NCBI GenBank assembly: GCA_964016885.1
Contig: OZ024741.1
Location: forward strand, 362,328,001-362,392,000
Direction of reading: 5' to 3'
From: Eledone cirrhosa
Taxonomy: Eukaryota
Length of the DNA stretch: 64,000 bases
This document shows positions 13,698 to 27,403 of this stretch, piece after piece. How positions within the stretch are numbered: the first letter of the stretch is position 1; every line of letters starts with the position of its first letter. The position numbers and the translations under genes were made by a program. The notes beneath the pieces are model-generated. The model saw nothing but the letters and a program-made list of their open reading frames with translations. It was not told the origin of the DNA and did not search any database.

Positions 13698-14288
13698 TAC
13701 TGGTAATATGTATCCCAGTACAACCTGTCTCATGGTGGGGTCGTTGGCGACTAAACTGGCAACCCCACCAAGGTTTCTTGGTGAGGAGGGTGACTTTGGA
13801 CATCCTGCAGGACTAAAAACAAAACCTGTCAAAGGGCAAAGGAGCTCTTAAGAGTCAATGGCAATCCAAAATCACCGGGAGAGATGACCCCTTAGCCTTT
13901 GTCAAGGCAGAATTCTAGGAGAAGGAAAACTCTGATATAACACCTACAACTCTGATGGTATCCAATGATGTTGACTTGTTCTTCTTTTTGGTAAATATCA
14001 TCTTGGTTAAGAGAGTGGGACTAGCTTTGTGCAGTGCCTTTGCTCACTATAAAAGCTTCACGGCACAGGCATTGCTTTATATCTGGAGTTCTCTCTGCAC
14101 TTGTCGTCACATGGTACCAAGGGCCCAGCACTATGTGTCAATAATTGTCACAAGTGTAGTGTTTGTACCAGAGTTTTCAAGTCGCTGGCTGGACTAAAAA
14201 GTCACACTCGTTCAGCGCATCGGTAGGAGTTCTCCTACATGGATATAAAGTAGTGGCCGTACTCGAAAACGAGTTGGCAGCCACCATG
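13698..14288 (+). repeat. Possible orphan RTE-type 5' UTR / interspersed repeat
   Basis: Relatively GC-rich block between microsatellites with CTAGGAGAAGGAAAACTCTGA, a motif I associate with RTE 5' UTRs, and GGTGGGG..CCCCACC hairpin; no ORF. Confidence 0.35.
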
Positions 14289-14750
14289 TATGTATATATA
14301 TATATTTGTGTGTGGGTGTGTGTGTGTATTCATTTACTATGTCTAGGTGGTGAGTCTTGTTGCACTGGAGTTTCACCTGCACACTCGCAAGTATTAGATC
14401 TGTCAACTCTGAGATCTCCCATCCACTTTGGGGTGGGTGAGAGATGTGTTCTCTTGTGAAAATGGGTATAGCTTTCGTTATGTAAAATCTCCCTAATTTC
14501 TCCCCGTTTTGGGGCACTTTTTTTCATGGTACTCCCTGTTTGGGTTTTAGAGGTTGGTAGGTCTGAAGTATGCAGGTGAAACTCTAGAATAACACGACTC
14601 ACTACTTGGTCATAATAAATGAATATTCAAACTCTACTTCAGTACTGAGTATTCTTTTCTTTCATCGGTCAACTACAAATATGGAGAAACATGTATAAGG
14701 AATTAAAAATGATTTAAAAGCTAATTAATATATATATACGCACACACACA

Positions 14751-14859
<109 letters not shown>

Positions 14860-15505
14860 GAAAGATAGAGAGAGGGGGACACTGAAAGTCTCACTCACAC
14901 TCAAAATACCATCAACAAATAGTAACGCGTCAACACACATACATGCATAAACGTACACACGCATCCACGTAATCCTTATTGTAATAATATCAAAAAGTCA
15001 AGATTTCGATTTAATCAATCAATGCTTTAATTGTTGAGAAACTAAATTCATTGAATTTATGATTTCAAAAGGGGCTGAGACTGCTGGCAAAATGTAGTGG
15101 TAGGTGAGCAAGTTAACTGGAGTGAGGCGAGGTGTCATTAGAGAGAAGCCTGTCTCTCTTATATAGTTTGCACTACCTGCTTGCAATATATCAAATAAAG
15201 GAGCATATAACCTCTCTTATAAAGCTTGCACTACCTTCTGCTATAGTAGTGAAAAGGGGATATATGTACTTTATCATCTCTATTCAGCTAGATATGTCAT
15301 TGTAGCCCTATTGCGAGAGGAGAAGAAAAGGGGGATAAATGCATAAAGAAAAGAAAAGATATTAGGGAAAAAGATATATAAGCAAATTAATTGCATATTT
15401 CTGCGTATAGGTACCAATTTGTAATATCCATTTTATATACTTATATATCTGTATATCAAGGGTGCTGCAATGTATCTCATGTGCGTATGTATTGTGTGTG
15501 TGTGC

Positions 15506-15558
<53 letters not shown>

Positions 15559-15599
15559 TTCAATATTAATAAATATAGACATTCAACGTAATCAAAATA

Positions 15600-15665
15600 T
15601 ATTTTATTATATATATTTCGGAGGTATTGTGGTGTTTTTTCAGTACGTCCTCATCAGATAAAATA
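15600..15665 (-). ncRNA. Minimal type I hammerhead ribozyme (canonical core)
   Basis: UAUUUUAU-CUGAUGA-GGA..UCC-GAAAU auau AUA-AUAAAAUA: 8-bp stem I, intact core. Confidence 0.65.
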
Positions 15666-15726
15666 TATAAATTGATGTGTGACATACATCAATGAACCTT
15701 GTTTAACTTTTGGTTATATATATATA

Positions 15727-15828
15727 CAGGGTGTCTCCAAAAATAATATGTACACACCTTGATTACCTGTACAGGCAATATTTATTAGAATGCTATTGAA
15801 GTGTGTATACATTTTTGGGGACTCCATG
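15727..15828. mobile_element. Tc1/mariner-type MITE
   Basis: TA|CAGGGTGTCTCCAAAA..TGTACACAC / GTGTGTATACATTTTTGGGGACTCCATG|TA imperfect TIRs with TA duplication. Confidence 0.6.
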
Positions 15829-16287
15829 TATATAGAAAGAGAAAGAGGAAGAAAGAATGAGAAAGAGACAAGGATATAAATGTGTGTGTGTATGTATATA
15901 TATCAATATCATCGTTTAACATCCATTTTCCCTGTTAGCTGTGTGTGTATATATATGTGTGCGTGCGTGTGCATATTTGTTTCTTTGCATCTATCAGCTT
16001 GTCTATCAAGAACCACTGGTGCCTTGTTTTAGTTAAGTGACCAGCTGTTTTTAACCTTCCCTTTCTTTATAGATATACAGTATATAGAGTACTTGACTTT
16101 CTATTGATATATATATATATATGTATGTATATATGTATGTATGTATGTATGTATGCATGTGTGTGTGTATATATATATATATTATATATATATATATATA
16201 TAGTAATAATAATAAATTTGAAGATTAAAATCCAAAGAGGGCTTGATAAGGATAAATATGTATCAAATATATAAGAACCCTAGAGCA

Positions 16288-17005
16288 AATATTTATTAAA
16301 ATAACAGATTAAAGTTTAAGCAAGGAATCGCTGCTTTCGCCCTTAACGGGATCTTCTGAAACTAAAAAAATCAATCTGTGAATGCAGAAGTAAGTATTTC
16401 GAAAAACGTTGCAACCGAAGGAAAACAGGAAGACGATACTTTGGTTTATGAAGACGTTCCCTGGCAATGAACGGAAGAAAGCGAGGATAATGCGTCATTG
16501 TCTGGAGCGGTGAGAGCAATTACACGCAAAGACAAAACCACGTTTATGGCATAAATGAAGTCGTAGACTAATATTCTATTTAGGAAACCGATTGATTCTC
16601 GGCTTCAGAGTTAAGAATAAAGTAAATAAATCAATAGAACGAAAATGACAGAGGTTATTGAAATCAACAATAATTAAATATATACATACACACATCCATA
16701 TATGTACATACATCTGCATACGCGAAAATACCCACCATAATAGAATATTAGTCTACATGGTTTTGTCTTTGCGTGTAATTGTTCTCATCGTTCCTAATAA
16801 TGACGTATTATCTTCGCTTTTTCCCGTTCATTGCCAGGGAACGTCTTTACGAACCAAAGCATCGTCTTTCTGTTTTCCTTTGGTTGCAACGTTTTTTGAA
16901 ATGTTTACTTCTGAGTTTACAGATTTTTTTTAGTTTCGGAAGATCCCGTTAGGGGTGAGGGCAGCGATTCTTTGCTTAAACTTTGATCTGTTATTTTAAT
17001 AAATA
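16288..17005. repeat. Diverged inverted repeat (~280-bp arms), MITE-like, next to a Helitron subterminal fragment
   Basis: ~16288-16580 is the reverse complement of ~16739-17005; arm sequence also lies inside the Helitron at ~2085-2200 and ~2353-2470. Confidence 0.7.
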
Positions 17006-17027
17006 TATATATATATATTTATGTTTG

Positions 17028-17066
<39 letters not shown>

Positions 17067-17217
17067 ACCTCTCCAATCCCCATCCTACATACACGTACCA
17101 CACTCCCTCCATCCCCTCATTTTCCACATCTGATATACCTCTCATTCAATCCATGCATTCAAGCATGGAAAGCTGGACACTCTCTCCCACAGTGCTGCTG
17201 AAATAGCTAAAAGCTAT

Positions 17218-17590
17218 TCTGTAAGCTGGTCATGCTGGTGACAAAACAAAAGCCCCTAGTCCACTATGTAAGATGCTCATGCTGGTGACATAACAAAAGA
17301 ATATCCAATCCACCTTGTAAGGTGGTCGTGCTGGTGACATGACAAATAAACATCTAGTCCACCCTGTAAGGTGGTTGTGTTGGTGACACAACAAAAATCA
17401 CCTAGTCCACCCAGTAATATGGTTGCATTGGTGACACAACAAAAAGGAAATAGCCCACCCTGTAAAGTGGTTGTGTTGGTGACAGAACAAAAAGCACCCA
17501 GTCCAACCTGTTGGTTGGTAATTTTGGCGTCACAATAAAAAGCACCCAGTACTCACTGTAAATATGGGTGGTGTTAGGAAGGGCATCCAA
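17218..17590 (+). repeat. ~52-bp tandem repeat ending in an RTE-type 3' motif (SINE/RTE tail derivative)
   Basis: About seven units of CTGTAAG.TGGT..TGCTGGTGACA.AACAAAA..CC.AGTCCAC followed by GTGTTAGGAAGGGCATCCA. Confidence 0.6.
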
Positions 17591-17722
17591 GTTTGAAGCG
17601 AGTTTCATCATTGTCTCAAGCTGCTGAAAAGACCTTACTGGATATAAATTCATAGTGAAATAAAATACATATGGATGTGATTACTCATGCTGTACTAAGG
17701 TAAAGGATGAAATATTTATAAA

Positions 17723-17796
17723 TATTTCATCTGATGAGCATACTGGACGTTTCTGTTAGTATCTTCTAGTTTGCTGAAACCTTTGGTTATGGAATA
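17723..17796 (+). ncRNA. Degenerate minimal type I hammerhead
   Basis: UAUUUCAU-CUGAUGA-GCAUACUGGA..UCUAGUUUGC-(U)GAAAC cuuug GUU-AUGGAAUA. Confidence 0.55.
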
Positions 17797-17889
17797 ATTA
17801 TATTGTGTTATTTATTATGTAATTAAATAGCTCTGTACTATAAATAGAGCACTCTTCTTTCCTTTACCTTTTCTACGGAAATACATAAC

Positions 17890-17934
<45 letters not shown>

Positions 17935-18165
17935 AAGAAGTAATATATGAGGTTATAGTATAATAGTTCACTATTTTCATTGGTAAAATGAGTTAAACTT
18001 AATGCTTAATAAAGCATCTATAATGAAGTAATTTTACTGATATCTGTTTTTTCTCTCCACAAGTGATAAGATACTCTAGCCACATTGAAATGCCTGTAGA
18101 AATGTAGAAATAAATAATAATAATACTAATCCTTGGTCTTATTGAATTTTGAATTATATATATAT

Positions 18166-19421
18166 ATTAACCTGGCTAAGACCAAAGTACTAGTTTGTAG
18201 GAAAGAAAACAAGGCGGCGGTCCCTTCTGGGAAATGGTCGTGCTCGGTGTGTAGGAAAGGCATAGGTAGAAACTCCATTTTATGTCCTAAATACAAAGTA
18301 TGGGTGCATAAAAGATGTAGTGGGATCACAGGTAAGCTAACTAAGAACATAGATTTTACATGTGGCCGGTGTTCTGGTGCAATAAGTAGCAGCAAGTGCC
18401 CACAAAATACTAGCTCTTTCAATTGCGCAGAGGGTTCTATAGAAATAGTGGACAGCTTCCGTTACCTGGGCGATAAAATCAGCAGTGGGGGAGGGTGCTC
18501 TGAAAGTACTGTAGCTAGAGTCAGAACTGGTTGGAAAAAGTTCAGAGAGCTTATACCACTATTAGCTGCTAAAGGGTTCTCCCTAAAAATGAAAGGCAGG
18601 TTGTACGATGCCTGCATACGAACAGCAATGCTGCATGGCAGTGAGACCTGGGCATTGTGTGCAGAGGATATACGCAGACTAGAGAGGAACGAAGCTTGCA
18701 TGCTCCGCTGGATGTGTAACAGTAATATACGTGAACGGCAAAGCATAAACGAACTAAGGAAAAAATTAGAGATAAGAGGGATCAGATGTTGTTTACTCGA
18801 GAGAAGGCTACGTTGGTATGGACACGTGATGCGCATGAAAGTCGATAGCTGTATAACAAAGTGCAGGGCAATAAAGATAGACGGTAGTCACGGAATAGGC
18901 AGACCTAGAAAAACCTGGGACGAGCTGATAAACTCCGACATCACACACTTACACCTCTCCAAGACAATGTCACTGGACCGAGACCTTTGGCGGTACTCAG
19001 TAACAGAGAAGACCCGCCTTACCTAAATATATAGTAAAACCTACTCCAGCCAGTAGGCATCTCTAACAAAATACACCCCGTCCCTCCACCACCACCACCA
19101 CCCCATCTACACCACCCCGTTCTATGTAAAGTTATGTTGGTGCCGCGCCATCGAGGCCGAAACAAATGAGATCGTGTAGGTGTCACGACAAAAAAACACA
19201 CAGTCCACGCTGTAATGTGGCCGTGTAGGCAACACGGTAAAAACCTCCCAGACCCACACTGTAAATGTGGTTGGTGTTAGGAAGGGCATCCAGCTGTAGA
19301 AAACCCGCCAGATAGTCCTATGCGAGCAAGACAATCACTCTTGCCTCAAGTGGGACTACCCCCGTCCAAACCCATGCAAGCGTGGAACACGGACGTTAAA
19401 CGTTGATGATGATGATGATGA
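18166..19421 (+). mobile_element. RTE LINE 3' fragment with open 3' ORF
   Basis: ORF to 19026 with PHD-like Cys cluster and RTE C-terminus; (GAT)n tail. Confidence 0.93.
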
Positions 19422-20272
<851 letters not shown>

Positions 20273-20351
20273 GAAGTATTTCCATAGGAAAGGTAAAGGA
20301 AAAAAGAGTGCTCTATGTAGGCTACAGACCTTTATGGTTATGTAATAAAAA

Positions 20352-20412
20352 AATTTCTGATGAATGAAGACGGACATAATTGTCAAGCTCTTCAAGAAAC
20401 CACTGGTAAATG
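20352..20412 (+). ncRNA. Degenerate hammerhead
   Basis: CUGAUGA-aUGAAGA..UCUUCAa-GAAAC cacug GUA; weak stem I. Confidence 0.4.
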
Positions 20413-20569
20413 AATTAATTATCTATTAATTAACTAATTTATTACATAACTATATATATATATATACGTTGATGAAATATACCTTTAGACAGAAGTTCTA
20501 TATGCATAGCATTATTGTGGTATCATGGAAGAAATAATACTCATATAATTGATAGCTATTGTGACTTAC

Positions 20570-20726
20570 CAGATAAAGACTCACTGTTTGGTTCCTTCTC
20601 AAGTGTCAGTAAGTACGTGTCAATGAAATCTCTTATATAGTCAGCATTAAATGTTTCTTTGTGTTCCATGATTTTCTTTTTTATATACTTGCGGATCATT
20701 TTGTCGTTCTTGATAATTTGTTCTGC
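20570..20726 (-). CDS. Cytochrome P450 (clan 2) coding exon 4
   Basis: tag|GCA..TCT G|gtaagt; AEQIIKNDKMIRKYIKKKIMEHKETFNADYIRDFIDTYLL (G/H helices, RDFID motif); phase 0 in, phase 1 out. Confidence 0.9.
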
Positions 20727-21628
20727 CTATATTGAGAAGAATAACAACAGTAATATATACGTAAAACTAAATATTTCACAGAATTTTGTTACATCAGTCT
20801 ATATTCTGTGCTTAACTCCTGTTGGCGTTGACTTTTCTCTTTTGAAAGTCAATAAAATAAGTACAAATGTTAACCAATCTATCCGATCGACTATAACTAG
20901 TTGCTAACAAAAATTGTATTTGATATTTTCTTACGTCACATCTCTAAAAGACAATAACAATTAATTATACCCAGAATTGTCTTCAACCGTAATGACTCAA
21001 CAATTTGCAAGAAGAGGGTAATCAGAAAAAAGCAGTAAAAAAGAAAGGGGAAGACACGCACATTCAATAACATACGACGACAGGGAACGTTGGAGTTTCC
21101 CATTAATCATTTTTTAGGCTAGCTAAGATATGCACAGCATTGTAGCGGGTGATAGTGTGGCTAAGGAACTGGAATAATCACGCATCTTCGTGAGCATCAC
21201 TTGTTACATCAGCAAGGTGAGGCACCAACAATGACAAAAACCATTTTGTCAACAACCTGACTCTCCCATGAATGCCACAGGCTGAAAAAATAGTTTGCTT
21301 ATCATTCCTGGTGTTGTTCTGAAACTACATAAAATTTAAGACAACTATTACCAGCAAATATTCAATCTTAATTTTGTATTAAACTTTCTTGAATATATCG
21401 ACTTGGGAACATAGCTTAACAGGAAAGTCCCTAGAACTGTGAAAAATGGAGCGCAATGAACTGAAACAAATAGAAAAGAATTCTAATTATTTGACAGAAA
21501 ATTACATAATTTCTTTCGAAATCACATAAGTGCCACAATAATATTATATTATTTGGGATCTCGAAAAATGTTATCCCTTGGGATAAGATGTTAATATTTA
21601 GATTGCAGTAGTAAGTTTTTATACTTAC

Positions 21629-21755
21629 TGGGGAATTCCATCGAATAAATCTCAGGATTGGAAAGAAATTCTCTGGCAAAAATCCACTAACATTCTTGAA
21701 GAAAAATCTAAATGTTTCAACGATTTCCTGATACTCAGGCTCATCAAATTTGATC
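21629..21755 (-). CDS. Cytochrome P450 coding exon 3
   Basis: aag|G ATC..CCA|gtaagt; (R)IKFDEPEYQEIVETFRFFFKNVSGFLPENFFPILRFIRWNSP; phase matches exons 2 and 4. Confidence 0.88.
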
Positions 21756-21991
21756 CTTCAATTACAAAATATACAATACGATTAATATATACATATGTGT
21801 GAGTGGATACATATATCAATACATATGTATAGACATACATACATGTATGTGTATATGTGTCTCTGTGTGTGTCTGTAGGTGTGTGTGTGCATTTAGGGAC
21901 GGACTCTTGTGAGAGTAACAGCGAATACAATTCAGTCCCCTTATTAATAGCCTGTATTGCATTAGATACATTACATAACAACATTATTACT

Positions 21992-22195
21992 TAAGGGCAG
22001 TGGATTGGCAGTATCGGTAGAGGTCGGACGCCAAGCATAGAGTTACGGCCCTTGCCATTGCCCTTGCCATTCTGAGTTCAAATCCCGCAGAGGTTAACTT
22101 TGCCTTTCATCCTTACGGGGTCGATAAAATAAAGTACCAGTAATATACTGGAATAATTGCTGGCCTTGTGCCAAAAGTCGAAACAATTATTACTT
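21992..22195 (+). mobile_element. tRNA-derived SINE with Nin-like central domain
   Basis: A-box-like TGGCAGTATCGG, B-box-like GTTCAAATCC, then GCCTTTCATCCTTACGGGGTCGATAAAATAAAGTACCAG and ATT tail; reverse 3' remnant at ~31440-31480. Confidence 0.75.
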
Positions 22196-22484
22196 AAGAT
22201 GCAGTCTGACAACATTACACAGAAATATGTATTACAACAGATTATGGAATAAAATGAACTATGAATATCTATAACTGGCCTTCGCATTATTATTATTACT
22301 GTACGTATACTCTATCATGGATTACCACGTCATTATACTGATTGGAGTGTTACATACGCAACTCCTGTTAGTCAACAGTCTATGACACACATACGCACAA
22401 ACACACTCACACACATAGATATATATATAAATGAAAAATGGCGAGCTGTGATGTTGCAAACATGATCTAATTCTTTATTATATA

Positions 22485-22531
<47 letters not shown>

Positions 22532-22856
22532 GCACACACACAATGATAATTGCGAAAGCCAAATGTAGATATTCATAATTATTTTATTCATAATCTACCG
22601 TAATACACATTTCTGTTGCATTAGTATTTACGCAACCACCAACACGACTTCATCAGACAGCGTCTTAAGTAATAAGATTGTCATGTAACATTTCTAATGT
22701 AATACAGGCTATCGATAAGGGGACAGATGCTGTTTCGAGTTAAGTCATAGTGTGGTACATGAGATAAGTGTCTCCCAATATAGTCCCAAAAGTATGGCCT
22801 GCACCCATTGTTATGCCGTCAGAGCACAGATATAAATTTAAAACACACACACACAT

Positions 22857-22938
<82 letters not shown>

Positions 22939-22970
22939 CATAATATATATATAGAATTATATTCCACTTT

Positions 22971-23725
22971 TGCCGTCAGCCGAGCCTGTCTGAGATGCGC
23001 GCAGAGCGACGAAACCGTCGTGCACACACACGTTCATTGCCCGAGCATTGCTGACTTGTGGAGCTATGTTGAACAGTTGCTGTTATGTAGGACTGATCCG
23101 GTTATCGACTGAGTCCATTGTGCAGATGGTCTCGCCGTCTTCCTTCGAGGAGGAAGGGCAAGCAGTTTTCATCTGCCTGGTGGCCACGGCAAAAGAGATT
23201 GTGTGGTGGACAAGGTTGAAAGGGTTAAAGACAGACACTTTCCTCTTCGGCGAATCTCTAATTAACTTTTTCAAGTTTCACTTGAAGAGGAAAATCAGGG
23301 TGGAGAGGCAAGTGCTGCCTTCTAGCAAGTTTGTTGAAAGGTGGGTGAATGTAGCGAGAATGGTCCGAGTAAAATGGTCCGCTCTGAATATACGCCTGTA
23401 GTTTGAGAAATGGAAAAATTGAGAAAGGGTGCTTGCCCTGGTGGTCAGGGTGGGCATGGTCTTTTGTGTGGTTTTTGCCACGAATAACCCTCGGAGGTTT
23501 CCCCCTATTGGGGAATTTTTCATTGTTTCAATTTTCGTTTTTATTGTATATATATATATATATATGTTTCTATATCTTTTTTTTCCTTTTCTTATATAAA
23601 TAATAAAAATCTTTACATGCACAAAACCCACATCAGACCGCCCTGTGCCGTCTGTAATGTTTTTCTTGATGTCAGCCCTTGTGGCCAATAAAGAAATCAT
23701 TATTATTATTATTATTATTATTATT
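22971..23725 (+). mobile_element. Tx1/L1-type LINE 3' fragment with (ATT)n tail
   Basis: RACLRC..ETVVH...HC CCHC motif; homologous to 37444-38060; AATAAA then (ATT)n. Confidence 0.85.
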
Positions 23726-26700
23726 GTTCTTTGAGTCTCAGTCATTGATGTTAGTTAACTGGAAAGTTTGTTGAAATGAATATCAAGCCACTACCTGCAG
23801 CCTCAGATATTCAGGACTTATCGGAGGGTTCTTCTGTTCCCAGCAAGCATGCCTTTTGAAGTGTTCCAAAAAGCAGGGCAGGGCCAATTTTCTTTAACCA
23901 TCCCTGGAAACTTTTTGAGATAGTACCTAGTGCACCTATGACAATCGGGACCACTTTGACTTCATGGCAGTTCCAAATCCTTTTTACCTCCCACTTTAAG
24001 TCCTGGTATCGGTTAATTTTCTCCCTCTCCTTCTCTTGCACTCTCGTGTCGAATGGGCAGGCCACATCCACAATCAGGCACGACCTTTTTTCCTTGTTCA
24101 AAACCACCAGGTCAGGTCTATTGTGTTCCAGTTTCTTGTCCGTCTGTATCCTAAAATCCCACAGCACCTTCACCTGATCGTTTTCTATCACCGACTCTGG
24201 CTTATGCTCATACCACTTCTCAGAATGTGGTAAATTGTTTACTTTGCATAGGTGCCAGTGGATCACCCTGCCCATCACATCATGTCTCCAGCCTTTATAG
24301 TGAGTCTGGGCTAGGTGTTTACACTCGGATACAATGTGAGCCACAGTCTCCTCTCTCTCTCCACATATCCTGCACAGTGGGCTAGCCTCCTCCTTGTAAA
24401 TATGGTGTTTCAGCCACTTTGTTTTGAGGGCCTGCTCTTGTGCAGTCATTAGCATTCCTTCTGTAGCCTTTTTAAGGTCTCCTCTTTTCAACCACTTCCA
24501 TGTCTGTGGATCTCTGAATTCAGTTTTCTCAAAGGTAATATGAAGGGATTTTTCATGAAGGCTGCTCTTTCTCCTCATTGTTATTTCCTCCTTGGACATC
24601 CCCTGGTCTATTGTCCTCTCCTTCAGTACAATTCTGAGCATTGGCTCCTTACTATCAGTCACGTATTTGTGTAGGTTGTTTTTCTCCATCAGAACACAGT
24701 CCTCTATGCTGATAAGACCCCTTCCACCTTCAGATCTCCTTAAGTAGAGTCTATCGACATCACTCCTCTTGTGGAACATGTTGTAGATAGTCAATAGCTT
24801 CCTAGTCTTCCTATCCATTTCTTTTTGTTCAGCAACATTCCATCTCAGAATTTCCGCACTGTACCTAATAATAGACACAGCTCGGGAATTTACTGCACTT
24901 ATGGCATTCCTACTGTTCAGATGTGACTTTAATATGTTCCTTACTCTCCGAATGTATTCAGATCTTATCAATTCATTCATTTTTTTTGTTTTTGATGTCA
25001 TCAGCCTCCAGAACATCCAAATACTTGTATCCTTCTTCAGTGTCAATTTCCTTTATCATCTCACCTGTTGGTACCTGAATTCCGTTGCTTCTACTCAATT
25101 TACCCCTCTTCATCACAAGGATTCCACACTTACTAATACCAAATTGCATACATATATCATTGCTGAAAATACGAACAGTGTCAACAAGCACATTCAACTC
25201 CTTCACACTCTTCCCGAAGAGCTTAAGATCGTCCATGAAGAGGAGGTGATTGATGGTAAGCTCTCCCTTTCCCAACTTGTATCCTGCTGTCACTTTTCGC
25301 AGTATAATGGTCAGGGGCATCAGGGCCAGGACAAACAACAGAGGGGACAGATTACCTCCCTGGAAGATACCTCTCTTGATCTTCACGCCTCCCAAGGATT
25401 CTCCACCTGATGTTAACTCTGTTTTCCAGGACTTCATACTTTTGCTCAACAACTGTCTGATGTTATCTGCCACCTTGAAGATCTTTAGGCTTTTGGTTAT
25501 CCAAGAATGAGGTACCATGTCGCATGCCTTTTTGTAATCTATCCATCCCATGGCAAGACCAGTGTGTCTCCTCTTGCAATTCCTCATTACCATCTTATCA
25601 ATAAGTAACTGGTCCTTTGTACCACGGGACTTCTTTCGGCATCCTTTCTGTTCGTCCGGTAACAAGTTGTTTGTGTGGAGGTGATGGTAGATTTCCTCAG
25701 ACACAATGCTTGTCAACAGTTTCCACATTACGGACAGACATGTGATAGGTCTAGAGTTGGTAACATCATTACCTTTGATTCGGTCTTACATTACCAGAAC
25801 TGTGGTACCTTTTGTCAACCACTCTGATACCTCACCTGACATCAAGCAGTCATTGAACATGGTTGTCAGTTTCGGGTGGAGGGATGTTATATTTTTAATC
25901 CAATACCCCTGCACACCATCTGGGCCTGGTGATTTCCAGTTGGTTAGTTTTTTGGCCTGCCCCTTAAGAGTTTCAACTGTGATACTCAAATCAGTTTGTT
26001 GGTGTGCCTGTTCACTAATCTCCTTTTGTACTGTCTCAATCCACACTGCCTGGTCATTATGTTTAACATCCTGCTCCCATATTCCTCTCCAGAATGTCTT
26101 AGTTTGTTCCGCCTCAGGGATCAAGTCGTTACCTCTTTCTTTCCCTTCAAGCTGTCCAAACAACATCTTCTGGTTGTTGTCAAACATGCGGTTCTGTCTA
26201 TACTGACTGACTCTGCTCTCGTATCGCCTAATTTTTGCACTCTTTGCTACAATGCGTTGCTTCAGTTCCTCTATGATAATATTTAGCTTTTTCCTCCTAG
26301 TTTTTTACTTTATTTCCAGTCTATTTTTAGTGTCCCATTCTGTAGGGACTCAAGCTTTCCAATGTCATTTCTCATTTCCCTGATTTGACCATTCAGTCGT
26401 TTCTTCCAGCAAGGTTCTGATCTTTCTTGTTTGTTGTTTCCTCTCGCTTTTATGCCAAGTAATTTCCTCACCGCATTTGCTGTTGCTTTGAGGATATTGT
26501 TGCACTGGTGAAGGCTCCTTGCCTCAAGGTATGGGATGACTTTGTTTACCTTAGCTGTTGTTTCTTTTAACTTTTTCCTGTCTACACATCTTAGGTTCAT
26601 AGGTTTCCCACTATCATTGTTCATTTGATCTACCAGTAAGTTTAGGATATCAACCAAATCTTGTCCTTGCCCGTCAGCATTCATCTCCTCAATGGCCGTA

Positions 26701-27383
26701 TCTTTGTTCCAGGTATTATTTATTTCAGCATTCAGATCATTGTCTGCTTCGGATGGTTCCTCCGTTCTCTCAACCTCTTCACCTTCATTTCCCACTGGCT
26801 CGTTTGCCTGGCATACACCACTCTCCATTTCCAACCTAATCTCTCTGCTCAGTTCCTCCAGTTCCAGCTCGCTTATCCACCCATTAGTTCTTATTACCCG
26901 AGCCTGCCCGGCCAATTTTTGTTCATCTAATTTAAATAGACCAATCTCGTTCCAGATGTTATGCATCCGTTTCCTATAGCCTTTCTCCTTGGGGTTACTC
27001 TTCAGGTAACATTGCATAACAGTTTTATTCAATTCTTTCGTCCAGTTGGTTCTGGTCCCTTTCCTTCTTCTTCTTCCTCCGACACCAGCAGTATTTGGTT
27101 GACAGCCAGGTCCCTGCTGCTGAGCCAGGGAGCACCTGCTGGGTGAGAGTCTGTCACATGACATTCCAGTCTCCACTTCACCGTTATTTGAACTGTTTAG
27201 GTTCGACATTTAAACACTCTTATCGAGGATTGGTGAATATATGGTTACATAACCACTGGTTATTTCATCACCCCCAGTGATTTTAGCGTGGCACTATCAC
27301 GTTGTAATCGAACATAAAAAACAAACAAACAAACAGCATAAGTTTCATTGTAATGTAATGTTTGAATGTCTGACTTAGTTTTT
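23726..27383 (-). mobile_element. R4/Dong-clade RLE LINE, family A, near full length, decayed
   Basis: ORF pieces 27209-23811: [28 protein letters not shown]...C, RHD, RPD, KINRY; no APE domain; (ATT)n at both ends. Confidence 0.92.
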
Positions 27384-27403
27384 ATTATTATTATTATTAT
27401 TAT

